NCBI GenBank assembly: GCA_963662275.1
Contig: OY759316.1
Coordinates: forward strand, 3,776,001-3,840,000
DNA: 64,000 nt
Direction of reading: 5' to 3'
DNA from: Candidatus Cloacimonadales bacterium
Lineage (GTDB): Bacteria; Cloacimonadota; Cloacimonadia; Cloacimonadales; DAONDQ01
Position 1 is the first letter of the stretch. Each line of letters opens with the position of its first letter. The position numbers and the translations under genes were made by a program. Below are positions 53,122 through 62,190 of the stretch, piece by piece. The notes under the pieces were generated by a model. The model was not told the DNA's origin, did not search any database, and worked only from the letters and a program-made list of their open reading frames with translations.

Positions 53122-53248
53122 GGAATTTACACGAAAGCTAAGTGTTTGGAGTTCAATTTCCCATGCAAAACTAGCAGTAACCACCTAGCTAAAAGGGAAA
53201 ATGGACTTCAAATCGACTTTTCATCATCGGTAGCGAAAACCTGCTTTC
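53122..53248 (+). repeat. About 125-bp MITE-like dispersed element, copy 1
   Basis: Aligns with 60361-60480 (minus) and in two pieces with 58449-58682. Confidence 0.75.
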
Positions 53249-53453
53249 AGTTGAGTTCTTACTTCTAACTCCGCACTCTCCAACCTATACTTCGACTCCG
53301 CTCAGTAACCGCACCTCCAAAGGGAAGAATCCATATTTAGCCACCCTCTTTTGAGCACAAGAGAGGGGCAGGGGGGGAGTTACACAAAGAGAGGGATTAA
53401 GGGTGAGTTTGATTCTCTTCTCTTTCTGAACCTGTCACCTGAAACCTTCTGCA

Positions 53454-53590
53454 CTATTTCACAAACAACATCTTCCTATCCTAAGAGATATAGCAGAAAT
53501 ACAATCCGGAAGCTATAACTTTACCATTATCATCTTTACCATTCCAAGTAACAAAGTGCTGGACTGTATCTTGATGTTCATTTATTATAA
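53454..53590 (-). pseudogene. Remnant of a FlgD-Ig / sorting-type C-terminal domain
   Basis: Minus frame NEHQDTVQHFVTWNGKDDNGKVIASGLYFCYIS-stop-DRKMLFVK-stop. Confidence 0.65.
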
Positions 53591-53783
53591 TATATATAAT
53601 ATTTCTTAGATATCCTTGTCAAGATTATACATTTTGAAATCTTTTCCCACTATATTGTTAACATAATTTAACAGCTTATGGAGTATGTGCAGAAGTTTTC
53701 AAGTATCAAAGCGGACCAGAGCATAGAATTTCGCATGAATGAAAGTAATAATGACAATCAAGTCCGGTACGGACGATAGATAA

Positions 53784-55653
53784 ATAGGGGTAGGGGAGTA
53801 ATCCATTACTGGCTCCCCTCCCTCCGAACCGTACGTGCGGTTCTCCCGCATACGGCTCTCCAGAAAACGAGTTCTCATTTAAGAGATTGACATAATTCCT
53901 GATGGGCTTTGGTTAATGAGAAAAACCCAGCATTATCAAAGATGTAATTTGGATACCTGATATTGTCTTTTCCTGTGGCAATACCATAGCGCTTTTTCCT
54001 CTTTCTGAGGATACTGCGTAGCCTGTGTCTTACCCAGCCATCCAAGTTAGGAAAGACTGTTTTGTAACAGTGTTTGTAATACTCGAACCAACCTCTTTGA
54101 ATCGGCTTGATTTTAGCTATTATGGTTTGTAAGCTGTGGGCATTACTGCGTCCGGTACATTTACGGATGCTGTCTTTGAACTTGTTGATACTCTTCTGTC
54201 TGGGGTATCTTTTACCCTTGAAGAAGTGGTATCCTAAAAATTCCACCGCTTCCGTTTCTGCGTCCAGTATTTTAGTCTTTTCAGGATGCAAAACCAGACC
54301 TGCTTTTTCAACCCATTCGCCTATTGTACATAAAGCCATTTCTGCTTCCTCTCGACTTTGACACATGACTACAAAATCATCCGCATAGCGTATCATTCTA
54401 TAGCCTTTGCCTGCCATAAGCCAGTCCAGAGGATTCAGATAAATGTTTGCCAGTAATGGACTGATAACTGCTCCCTGAGGTGTTCCCGTTTCCGGTGTCC
54501 AGGTTGACGTTGTATCCATTACTTTTTGATTCAAATAGTCATTGATAAGATTCAGAACTTTCCCGTCTGCTATCTTTTCTCCTACACGCTTCATCAGCTT
54601 GTCCTGCGGTATACTGTCAAAGTATCCTTTCAGGTCTGCATCCACAACAAAGACGTATCCCTGCTTGAGAAGTCCATCGACTTGTCTTAAAGCATCTTTG
54701 CAGTCGCGTTTGGGACGAAAGCCATAACTGTGTTCGGCAAATCCCTGTTCAAATATCGGTTCGATTACATTGCGCAGTGCTGTTTGTACTACTCTGTCCG
54801 TGACGGTCGGTATGCCCAAAGGTCTCTTTTCCTTACTGCCCGGTTTATCTATCCAGACACGTTTGATTCCATTGGGTTGATACGCTTCCTTTTGCAACAG
54901 TTCGGAGGTTCGTACTAATCTTGCCAGCGCATGTCTTTTGTAGTGCTGGATGCTGACATTGTCGATACCGGCACTACCTCTGTTGGATGCCACGTGTTTC
55001 CAAGCTGATGCAAGGTTTGCCATGGCATATACCTTGTCTATCAGACTGAACCATTTTCCACCTTTGACGCCCATTTCGAGCGCTGCCAACATTTTGTCAG
55101 ACCATACTGACGGTTCCACCCAACTCCATTGCGGAGGGATTTCTCGTTCTTGTTTAGCCGTTTTCGGCAATAATGAACGTTGATCTTCCATCAATACTCC
55201 TTTCAAAATTCATTTTCCTGTGCCCCTTCGCTACTTTCAGGTTATAGTGTCCTGAATATCATCGCTACTATGAACACTCTGACTCCTGCTGATGTCTCTT
55301 CCCATCAGCAGGTCTCATAGCTTGAGATAGAAACCTTCACAACATTCCGTCTCCAGTCACTTGATACAATCAGTACATGGCTTTTGCACGTCATCTCAGC
55401 CTGTCTGCCATCTTCCGGGGGAAACTCCGGTTCACCCGAAGTGCATCATTCCAGAAGATTTTGGTCTTCGCTTAAGGCTAGCAAGCTCGACATTGTATCC
55501 TGCCGAATCGAGTTCGTTATCCTACGGACTGCTGTTTCGTCATTTGTTACTCCCCACCCCATCTCACGATGAAGCAGTTACATAGACTACCAGGCATGAC
55601 GTAGCCTGAAATGGGACTTGCACCCATCCGATTTCTATCTATCACTATCGTAC
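53784..55653 (-). mobile_element. Group II intron, bacterial class C (IIC)
   Basis: 5' GTACG; domain V GAGCCGTATGCGGGAGAACCGCACGTACGGTTC; domain VI ending ACCCCTAT; RT ORF inside; removal restores an intact repeat. Confidence 0.93.
53875..55191 (-). CDS. ltrA: Group II intron reverse transcriptase/maturase, no endonuclease domain
   Basis: RPLGIPTVTDR, SYGFRP, GTPQGAVISPLLAN, RYADD, FLGY, domain X GWFEYY. Confidence 0.95.
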   Translation of the reverse strand: MEDQRSLLPKTAKQEREIPPQWSWVEPSVWSDKMLAALEMGVKGGKWFSLIDKVYAMANLASAWKHVASNRGSAGIDNVSIQHYKRHALARLVRTSELLQKEAYQPNGIKRVWIDKPGSKEKRPLGIPTVTDRVVQTALRNVIEPIFEQGFAEHSYGFRPKRDCKDALRQVDGLLKQGYVFVVDADLKGYFDSIPQDKLMKRVGEKIADGKVLNLINDYLNQKVMDTTSTWTPETGTPQGAVISPLLANIYLNPLDWLMAGKGYRMIRYADDFVVMCQSREEAEMALCTIGEWVEKAGLVLHPEKTKILDAETEAVEFLGYHFFKGKRYPRQKSINKFKDSIRKCTGRSNAHSLQTIIAKIKPIQRGWFEYYKHCYKTVFPNLDGWVRHRLRSILRKRKKRYGIATGKDNIRYPNYIFDNAGFFSLTKAHQELCQSLK

Positions 55654-55875
55654 TAACGCTCGGATTTCAATCCGGCGAGAAGTATCCCCCGCATAAAGTA
55701 GTCCTGTAGGGACGAAAGATGATGAAAAACAGTGAAGAATGGAGACTGTAATCTGTCATCCCAATGGGATTTAGTCAACTCAACAATCGTAACACCGGAT
55801 TAAAATCCAGTGTTAATATCTATCTTCCCCGATGGGAATCAGAGCATAAGGAAGTCAGGTACTGACGATAGATGA
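55654..55875. repeat. Cluster of REP-like two-hairpin repeats (intron target family)
   Basis: GTCCTGTAGGGACGA, TAACACCGGATTAAAATCCAGTGTTAATATCTATC, AAGTCAGGTACTGACGATAGAT. Confidence 0.7.
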
Positions 55876-56024
55876 TGGGGGAAAACAGAAATAGAGATGA
55901 CTCAACTTAACTCCGCACTCTCCGTCAGCTTTTCAAACTCTCCGACACTATGCTTCGACTACGCTCAGCAACCACCACCTCTATTTATCCAAAGAGAGGA
56001 ATGTTTGAAAACAGTGCCACGTTA

Positions 56025-56432
56025 TTATAATACTGTCTTTACATAGGGCAAATAAACTTCGTATTCATCTGCAGGTAAACGATATGGTCTGCCATCTTTC
56101 ACAAAAGCACCGTGGATGGAAGCTCTGCTGCATAATTCCTGTTTGGAGTTGTAAACTTCCTGTATCCAGATTGCTCGCATTCGATTGCCTTTGTCTATCC
56201 ATGTTTTTACAGATATGATATCTTCAAGCTGCAAGCCTTTGATATAATCTATTTCCAAATGAGTAAGATAAATGAAAATACCCTTTTCCTTAAGATTCTT
56301 AATAGACATTTTCATGTCATACAGCGCTTCACTTCTTGCCGCTTCTAAAAGGTTCAGGTAACTGGCATTATTCATGTGTCCATATGAGTCACATTCATAC
56401 CCATAGACTCTTTTTTGAAAAGTAAAGACCAT
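56025..56432 (-). CDS. Acyl-CoA thioesterase (YbgC/FadM family)
   Basis: ECDSYGHMNNASYLNLLEAAR hotdog-fold motif. Confidence 0.88.
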   Translation of the reverse strand: MVFTFQKRVYGYECDSYGHMNNASYLNLLEAARSEALYDMKMSIKNLKEKGIFIYLTHLEIDYIKGLQLEDIISVKTWIDKGNRMRAIWIQEVYNSKQELCSRASIHGAFVKDGRPYRLPADEYEVYLPYVKTVL

Positions 56433-56558
56433 GAGACACCTCATTAGTTTTTAATGTCCCGATAAAAGATGCTTTGCTTTTCTTGACAATTTAATTTTAT
56501 TTAAAATATGAATTCTTGTAGGGGTTTGCGGTAGTAAATCCGTTCTGAATGAGGTATA

Positions 56559-57362
56559 ATGAAGAAAGTATATCATTACTCAAAAGAAAAATATGACCTC
56601 TTTGCTCCTGAAAAAAAGGAACGCATTCTCAATGAAATCCTAGATGCCCTTCATGCCAACTGGGATGACGTGGAAATGAGAATCACTCTTATCGTCTCCT
56701 ATATGGAATGTGTTGCTTATAGCCCTGAAATTATGCCTGCAAGTTTCTCGGCAATTGTTGAAAAGCTCTCTAACTGTGATACTTTGGAGGATTTTCTCTC
56801 TTTAACTCAAAAGAATGGCATTTTTCCGGGGGCTGGTTATCGAATGGATCAACCTGCTATCCGCCGATATGATGGCATACGGGAAAAGCAGGACTTTCCT
56901 TTCATTGGTGTGCTACATAATCTGCGTTCCGTGTTTAATGTGGGTTCCATCTTTAGAACTACTGAATGTCTGGGTTGGGAAAAGCTCTATCTATGCGAGA
57001 ATACTCCTACACCTGATCAATTGCAGGTTCAGCAGGCATCTATGGGAACTCATGAAGTGGTTGCCTGGGAAGCAAAGGCTGATACAATTGAACTACTGAA
57101 AGAATTGAAAGGAAAAGGCTATCATCTCTATGCGCTTGAGACTTCATCCAATGCTACTTCTCTTAGAGATGTGAAGATAACATATCCCGCAGCCCTAGTT
57201 GTTGGTAACGAAGCATTGGGATTGACTGAAGACATCTTAGAAACCTGTGATGAAGTCATAGAAATACCTATCTTTGGCTGGAAGAATTCATTAAATGTAT
57301 CTGTTGCATTTGCCGTATGTGGCTATGAATGTAATCGACAATACGATAAGGAGAAAACATGA
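56559..57362 (+). CDS. TrmH/SpoU-family RNA methyltransferase
   Basis: NLRSVFNVGSIFRT, VGNEALG, KNSLNVSVA. Confidence 0.9.
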   Translation: MKKVYHYSKEKYDLFAPEKKERILNEILDALHANWDDVEMRITLIVSYMECVAYSPEIMPASFSAIVEKLSNCDTLEDFLSLTQKNGIFPGAGYRMDQPAIRRYDGIREKQDFPFIGVLHNLRSVFNVGSIFRTTECLGWEKLYLCENTPTPDQLQVQQASMGTHEVVAWEAKADTIELLKELKGKGYHLYALETSSNATSLRDVKITYPAALVVGNEALGLTEDILETCDEVIEIPIFGWKNSLNVSVAFAVCGYECNRQYDKEKT

Positions 57363-57907
57363 TCAATCGTGAAGATGCAAAAGCTCTTCTTTTTTCTCAC
57401 CTTAAAACCCAAAGTCTGCAGAATCACTGCCTGGCTGTTGCTTATGTCATGGAAGCTCTGGCTCCAAGACTTTCTTTGAATGCTGAAGAATGTTTCATCG
57501 CAGGTCTCCTGCATGATATTGACCTTGATTATATCGGAACTGATTTCAGCCAGCACGGGCAGAAAGCGATGGATTTGCTTAAGGATGCAGGTCTTACCGA
57601 TGAAATGAAGAAAGCGATCCGTGCCCATACCGGAAATGAACCTGTTGAAACTATCTTCGACCAGGCTTTGTGGATCGCTGATCCAATCACAGGACTCATC
57701 ACAGCCAGTGCTTATATGCGACCGGATAGAAAGGTATCAACGATAGAGCTTCCCTCTTTGAAGAAAAAGTTCAAGTCAAAAGGATTTGCAGCCGGTGTTT
57801 CACGTGAACAGGTCCAGGAATGTGAAAAGCTGGATATCAGCTTGGATGATTATCTTTCCTTAGCCTTGAAAGCCATGGCAGATCATGAAGCAGAACTTGG
57901 ATTTTAA
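57359..57907 (+). CDS. HD/HDIG-domain metal-dependent hydrolase
   Basis: HCLAV, GLLHDID, IRAH, FAAGVSRE. Confidence 0.88.
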   Translation: MINREDAKALLFSHLKTQSLQNHCLAVAYVMEALAPRLSLNAEECFIAGLLHDIDLDYIGTDFSQHGQKAMDLLKDAGLTDEMKKAIRAHTGNEPVETIFDQALWIADPITGLITASAYMRPDRKVSTIELPSLKKKFKSKGFAAGVSREQVQECEKLDISLDDYLSLALKAMADHEAELGF

Positions 57908-58242
57908 TGATATTGAATAATTACCAACTTAGCCAGGTGCTGTCTGTCATCTTTGTCATCCTGAATATCCTGGATGGTCATTCCACTTACATCGTTCTGC
58001 GTCCTGATCATTTCAAGCGAGAGCGTAATCCCATTGCCCGTTGGATTTTCAGGAAACTAAGTGTTTTAAGAGGAATAATCATTTGGAAGTCTGTGTTATT
58101 AATTGCTCTTTTAGTTCTTATCTTCACCCAATACCTTGATGAACCTTATTTTTTGAATATTATCCTGATAATCGCCAATCTCTTCTTCACTTGGGTGGTG
58201 ATACATAATTATAGCGTCTACAAAAAATTAAAAAATTGCTGA
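57907..58242 (+). CDS. Small membrane protein (DUF5658-like)
   Basis: LNILDGHST...ERNPI motif, three TM segments. Confidence 0.65.
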   Translation: MILNNYQLSQVLSVIFVILNILDGHSTYIVLRPDHFKRERNPIARWIFRKLSVLRGIIIWKSVLLIALLVLIFTQYLDEPYFLNIILIIANLFFTWVVIHNYSVYKKLKNC

Positions 58243-58299
58243 GAAGACCGTTGGGTATATGCGATTTTCATTATTGAGAGTTGTTGTTGTCACTAATAC

Positions 58300-58368
58300 G
58301 CATTACGGTAGCAATACGGTAGCAATACGGTAGCATTACGGTAAAAAACCGTATTAGTACCGTAATGA
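58300..58368. repeat. 11-bp tandem array (4 direct + 2 inverted units)
   Basis: GCAWTACGGTA x4 at 58300-58343, then AACCGTATTAG and TACCGTAATGA. Confidence 0.88.
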
Positions 58369-58448
58369 TATAGTAGTGGAACGGTAATTCAATTGGAGAA
58401 AGTGTTAGGTGCCAGGTGTTTGTTTCAGAGAGAGTTTTGCTGAGACTT

Positions 58449-58682
58449 TTGGAGTTCAATTTCCCAAACTGAATATCAATGAATACCTTACTAAAAGGGC
58501 AAATGGCTTTACATGAAAGCTAAGAGCCGGTTCATTGAGTGATTTCGACGAAGGAGAAATTGTATCGAAATGACCCAATGTGACCCTATAAGGTTGTGCA
58601 ATGTCGTCTCCTCGATACAAATAGATAAATCTCTTCACTCGAAGAACTCAGCTTTCATCCTCAGTAGCGGAAACCTGCTTTC
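58449..58682 (+). repeat. Composite MITE-like element with different interior
   Basis: Interior segment plus both ends of the 53122 element; the ends enclose an unrelated inverted repeat pair. Confidence 0.65.
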
Positions 58683-58748
58683 TGGGAAGTTAAAAAATCG
58701 AGCATAAACCCATTTTCAATGAGGTTCTGAAAAAGAAGTACTTAACTT

Positions 58749-60338
58749 CTATTTATGTTTGTTAATACGCAGCATTACAAAGGACTTGAGTTGTTTTTTC
58801 TCCCAGCCTTTCAAACTTATCAGGTATGTTGTTGTCAGGTAGAAAATAGAAGAAAGAACAGCATAAATGAGTACTGTGATGAGTTTTTGAGGGTAGGACA
58901 GAATGTATAGTCCTATGGCAAAAGCAAAGCTGAGGATAGCTACAATTACGGTTCTAAAAACAACCGTCTTATAATACTCTAAAATACTGATTTGAGCAAA
59001 ACGGCACGCTTTGGGTATATTGAAAGAGAATGCTAAAATGACATTGGGAATGATTGTACCTAAAGCAACTCCTATTATCGCTGAATCTTTGATCTGGTAA
59101 CCCCAATTTGATAAGATTCCAGGTAATGTATGCATTAAAAGGATACTCAGCCCCAGATTAGCCACAGCTTCGATCATCGCGATACGAGCCAATATCTTGT
59201 GTTCATTTGCCATCAGCAGTACATACACAGAGGACGAACGGAAAAAGAGAAGGATGTACATTGATAATAACAAAAGGATGGCGCATATGATTCCGGCAGT
59301 ATCATTCAAATTAAGCCACAGGTTGAGCAGGGGTTTCACATAAACCAGGAGGGGAATCAAAAGCAACGTTGAGATCATCCCCATTAAACGGTTCGATTGC
59401 AGCATGATTTCTGTCATCTTGGATTTATTCCCTGCTGCAAAGAGTGTTGCCGAAACTGGTCCGAGATTATCCAGGAATTGAGCTGAGAACTTCTGATACG
59501 TATCAGCCAATCGGATAGATATTTGGTAAACTGCCACCATGGCGACGCTGCCAAAGATCGAAATAACGAGCTGATCTGTCTTCATAATGATAATATTCGT
59601 GAAAGTAATGAGATAGGCATAGACTGAAAAACCCATCACAGAACGAAGCAGGGAGCGGTCATAATGCTGCCAGCGAATCTTGAATTCAGGAATGAAACGA
59701 TGCACTACGAGCATCATACTCAAACTTGCACCCAGGTTTGTACCGATGGCAACGAATGCCATACCGACCAGGTTGAGTTTGAAATGAATCATCAGTGCCA
59801 TACCAACGAAATTGAGCGTGATAAAAGTGATCTGGATGAGATTACGAGCATGCATTTTCTGCAATCCGCGCAGGATTTCAGCAAAAAAGCCAAAGGGAAA
59901 AGTGAGTGCAGAACCGATACCGAAGATGATGAGAACTTTTCGGAAATACATGATATTTTCTGCGTGAAAGCCAAAGATACGCTGCAGGTTGAAACTCAGA
60001 ATAACGGAGAAAGCAGCGATGAGAATAGCAAAGAAAGCGTAATTAAAGAAGATCGTGCTGACAATTCGATTGTATTTATTCCAATCCTTAGTCGTGCTGC
60101 ATTCGCTTGTATATTTTTGAATCGATGTACCGAATCCGAAATCCAGGAGAAGAGAATATCCAAATATTGACCACAATAATGCCCAAAAACCATATTCTTC
60201 CCTAGTTAAGCCTAGGAAAAGAATTCGTGTGAGAAAAATGGTAATGAAAATACCAATAATCATCTTTCCATAATTGGAAAGAGTATTGATCAGCATGCGC
60301 TTTCGTAATCCAAGCCCAGGGTTTTCTGCTGTATTCAA
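58749..60338 (-). CDS. Polysaccharide flippase (Wzx-like, MOP superfamily)
   Basis: Many TM helices, EEYGFW, LLDFGF, KTDQLVI; polysaccharide locus context. Confidence 0.85.
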   Translation of the reverse strand: MNTAENPGLGLRKRMLINTLSNYGKMIIGIFITIFLTRILFLGLTREEYGFWALLWSIFGYSLLLDFGFGTSIQKYTSECSTTKDWNKYNRIVSTIFFNYAFFAILIAAFSVILSFNLQRIFGFHAENIMYFRKVLIIFGIGSALTFPFGFFAEILRGLQKMHARNLIQITFITLNFVGMALMIHFKLNLVGMAFVAIGTNLGASLSMMLVVHRFIPEFKIRWQHYDRSLLRSVMGFSVYAYLITFTNIIIMKTDQLVISIFGSVAMVAVYQISIRLADTYQKFSAQFLDNLGPVSATLFAAGNKSKMTEIMLQSNRLMGMISTLLLIPLLVYVKPLLNLWLNLNDTAGIICAILLLLSMYILLFFRSSSVYVLLMANEHKILARIAMIEAVANLGLSILLMHTLPGILSNWGYQIKDSAIIGVALGTIIPNVILAFSFNIPKACRFAQISILEYYKTVVFRTVIVAILSFAFAIGLYILSYPQKLITVLIYAVLSSIFYLTTTYLISLKGWEKKQLKSFVMLRINKHK

Positions 60339-60360
60339 ATGATATCTCCTTGTTAATCAT

Positions 60361-60480
60361 GTTTTCGCCACCGAGGATGAAAGATCGGTTTGAAGTCCAT
60401 TTGCCCTTTTAGTCAGGTATTCAATGATAATTTGTTCAGGGCAATTGAACTCCAAATCCTCAGCTTTCATGTAAACTTCC
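60361..60480 (-). repeat. MITE-like dispersed element, copy 2
   Basis: Reverse complement aligns with 53122-53240. Confidence 0.75.
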
Positions 60481-60489
60481 ACAATCGCA

Positions 60490-60600
60490 GAATCAAACTC
60501 TCCCTTAATCCCTCCCTTTATCCAAAGGGAGGGAAATCAGACCGGATGCCTGTTTTGTTCATTCCTCCCTTTATCCAAAGGGAGGGAAATTAGACCAAAT
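60490..60600 (+). repeat. Tandem pair of CCTCCCTTTATCCAAAGGGAGGGA hairpins
   Basis: Copies at 60509 and 60562, period 53. Confidence 0.8.
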
Positions 60601-60605
60601 GCTGT

Positions 60606-61784
60606 TTATCCATTCCTCGCTTGTAATATTTTATAGAGGATAACCTCTATCTTTTTTTTCACAAGAGAAATCTCGTAATTATTGATAATTTTCAGCCTTG
60701 CCTGATTCCTGATCGTCTCAATTTCATCGAATGGAAGTAACTCCAGCTTCATTATCTTTTCAGCAAGAGCAGCACTTGAACATCTTTCGAAAAGGAAGCC
60801 ATCGGAGCCATTGGAAATAATCTCCTTAGGACCATAAGCATCTGTGGCAATCACAATCAGACGTTGAGCCATGGCTTCGATAATGACTCTTCCAAATGCC
60901 TCTTCAGCCAGGGTTGGCATAAGCATCACATCATAGTCAGGGAAAATGGATTGCAGTTTGAGGCTTTTTCCCATAAAGTGAAAATGCGAATCCAAGTGCA
61001 AGTCTTGAATTAGTTTTCTGCAGGCTTCTCCATATTCAGGATCTTCCTCACCATAAATATCCAAAGTGAATTCGAAACCTGGCTTCTCTTGTAAAATTTG
61101 GCTAAGTGCTCTGATGATGATATCCAACCCTTTCAATGGTTCTATTCTACCAGCAAAAATATACTTTATGGGCTTTGTTAAAACTCGGGGATTATCTTCT
61201 GGAATCCTAATCCCACGGGGTATGACATAGATTTCTTTGCTTCCATATCTCTCAGCTACCTGGCTTTCCATCCATTTTGACAGTACGATGACTGGTTCCA
61301 GGTGTATTTTCCCTCCAATCGTGAAAGGTAAAACCTGCTTCATTATACGAAACAAACGGCTTTTGAAACCTGATGTTACATAAGTTCTGAGCCAAATATC
61401 TCCCAGGTCAAAGACATGAGGCTGTTTAAGATGTTGGATAGCGATCACAGGAGAAATCGACAAAGCCTTCATATTCCCCAGGTAGACTATATCCGGATGC
61501 AATTGCTGAATCAGTGATTTTGTGATACGATAATTAAACACTTCCACACGATGCTTATCAAAAAAAGAACCATTGAGATAATCTATGTATCTGAGAATCC
61601 GCAGAGGCTTGTTTGGTTTGATGCTGCCAATTTCTTCACTCGGATTATCAATTCCTTTGATGCCGCAAAGAATATAGACTTCATGACTTTGCTCGTTCAT
61701 GTAATCCATTGTCTCTTTTACCGAGATTTCATAGCCTCCTTCAAAATAGGGAGGGTAATAATTGGAAATGCACAGTATCTTCAC
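60606..61784 (-). CDS. Glycosyltransferase family 4
   Basis: YYPPYFEGGYE, FAGRIEPLKG, EAFGRVIIEAMA. Confidence 0.92.
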   Translation of the reverse strand: MKILCISNYYPPYFEGGYEISVKETMDYMNEQSHEVYILCGIKGIDNPSEEIGSIKPNKPLRILRYIDYLNGSFFDKHRVEVFNYRITKSLIQQLHPDIVYLGNMKALSISPVIAIQHLKQPHVFDLGDIWLRTYVTSGFKSRLFRIMKQVLPFTIGGKIHLEPVIVLSKWMESQVAERYGSKEIYVIPRGIRIPEDNPRVLTKPIKYIFAGRIEPLKGLDIIIRALSQILQEKPGFEFTLDIYGEEDPEYGEACRKLIQDLHLDSHFHFMGKSLKLQSIFPDYDVMLMPTLAEEAFGRVIIEAMAQRLIVIATDAYGPKEIISNGSDGFLFERCSSAALAEKIMKLELLPFDEIETIRNQARLKIINNYEISLVKKKIEVILYKILQARNG

Positions 61785-61786
61785 GA

Positions 61787-62188
61787 TTATCTCCTTAACA
61801 TACCATTAATAACATCTATCAGATGCTTATCGGGATAGATATTGATGCCCAGATAGGATTTTATTAGGTATAGCATGAAAAGAATGACGATTAACATCAT
61901 TAACAAAATAAAAATATAGGTAAAGGCTTTGGCAATGTAAGTAAGACCCTTGTCCATGCTGCCTCTATCCATAGCTTTGAATTGGTTTCGATTATCTTTT
62001 CCGAAGATAATGACGAGATACCAATATCTGAAAAACCAAATTGAAAAACGAATATCAATAATACCACGGGATGGTACAGGAGGAAGCATACGCTTCATTA
62101 ACCCCATTAATTCCTTACGTTGTTCAAAGGTTAGGTTTTCGGTATTCTTCTTGTTAGAAATATTATTCTGATCAGGAGTTTCTATCAT
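61787..62188 (-). CDS. Hypothetical membrane protein in polysaccharide locus
   Basis: Tightly packed between neighbours; one or two hydrophobic segments. Confidence 0.6.
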   Translation of the reverse strand: MIETPDQNNISNKKNTENLTFEQRKELMGLMKRMLPPVPSRGIIDIRFSIWFFRYWYLVIIFGKDNRNQFKAMDRGSMDKGLTYIAKAFTYIFILLMMLIVILFMLYLIKSYLGINIYPDKHLIDVINGMLRR

Positions 62189-62190
62189 TT

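Noticed and set aside
53097..53270. M-box or other Mg2+ riboswitch upstream of mgtA
   Set aside because: No recognisable M-box consensus; the sequence is a dispersed repeat also present at 58.5 and 60.4 kb.
53875..55206. Retron, DGR or defence-type reverse transcriptase
   Set aside because: Has YADD, domain X and flanking group II intron domains V and VI; no template/variable repeat pair or msr-msd seen.
55654..55830. Integron attC sites as intron target
   Set aside because: Hairpins are short, lack the attC R/L box layout, and there is no integrase or cassette array.
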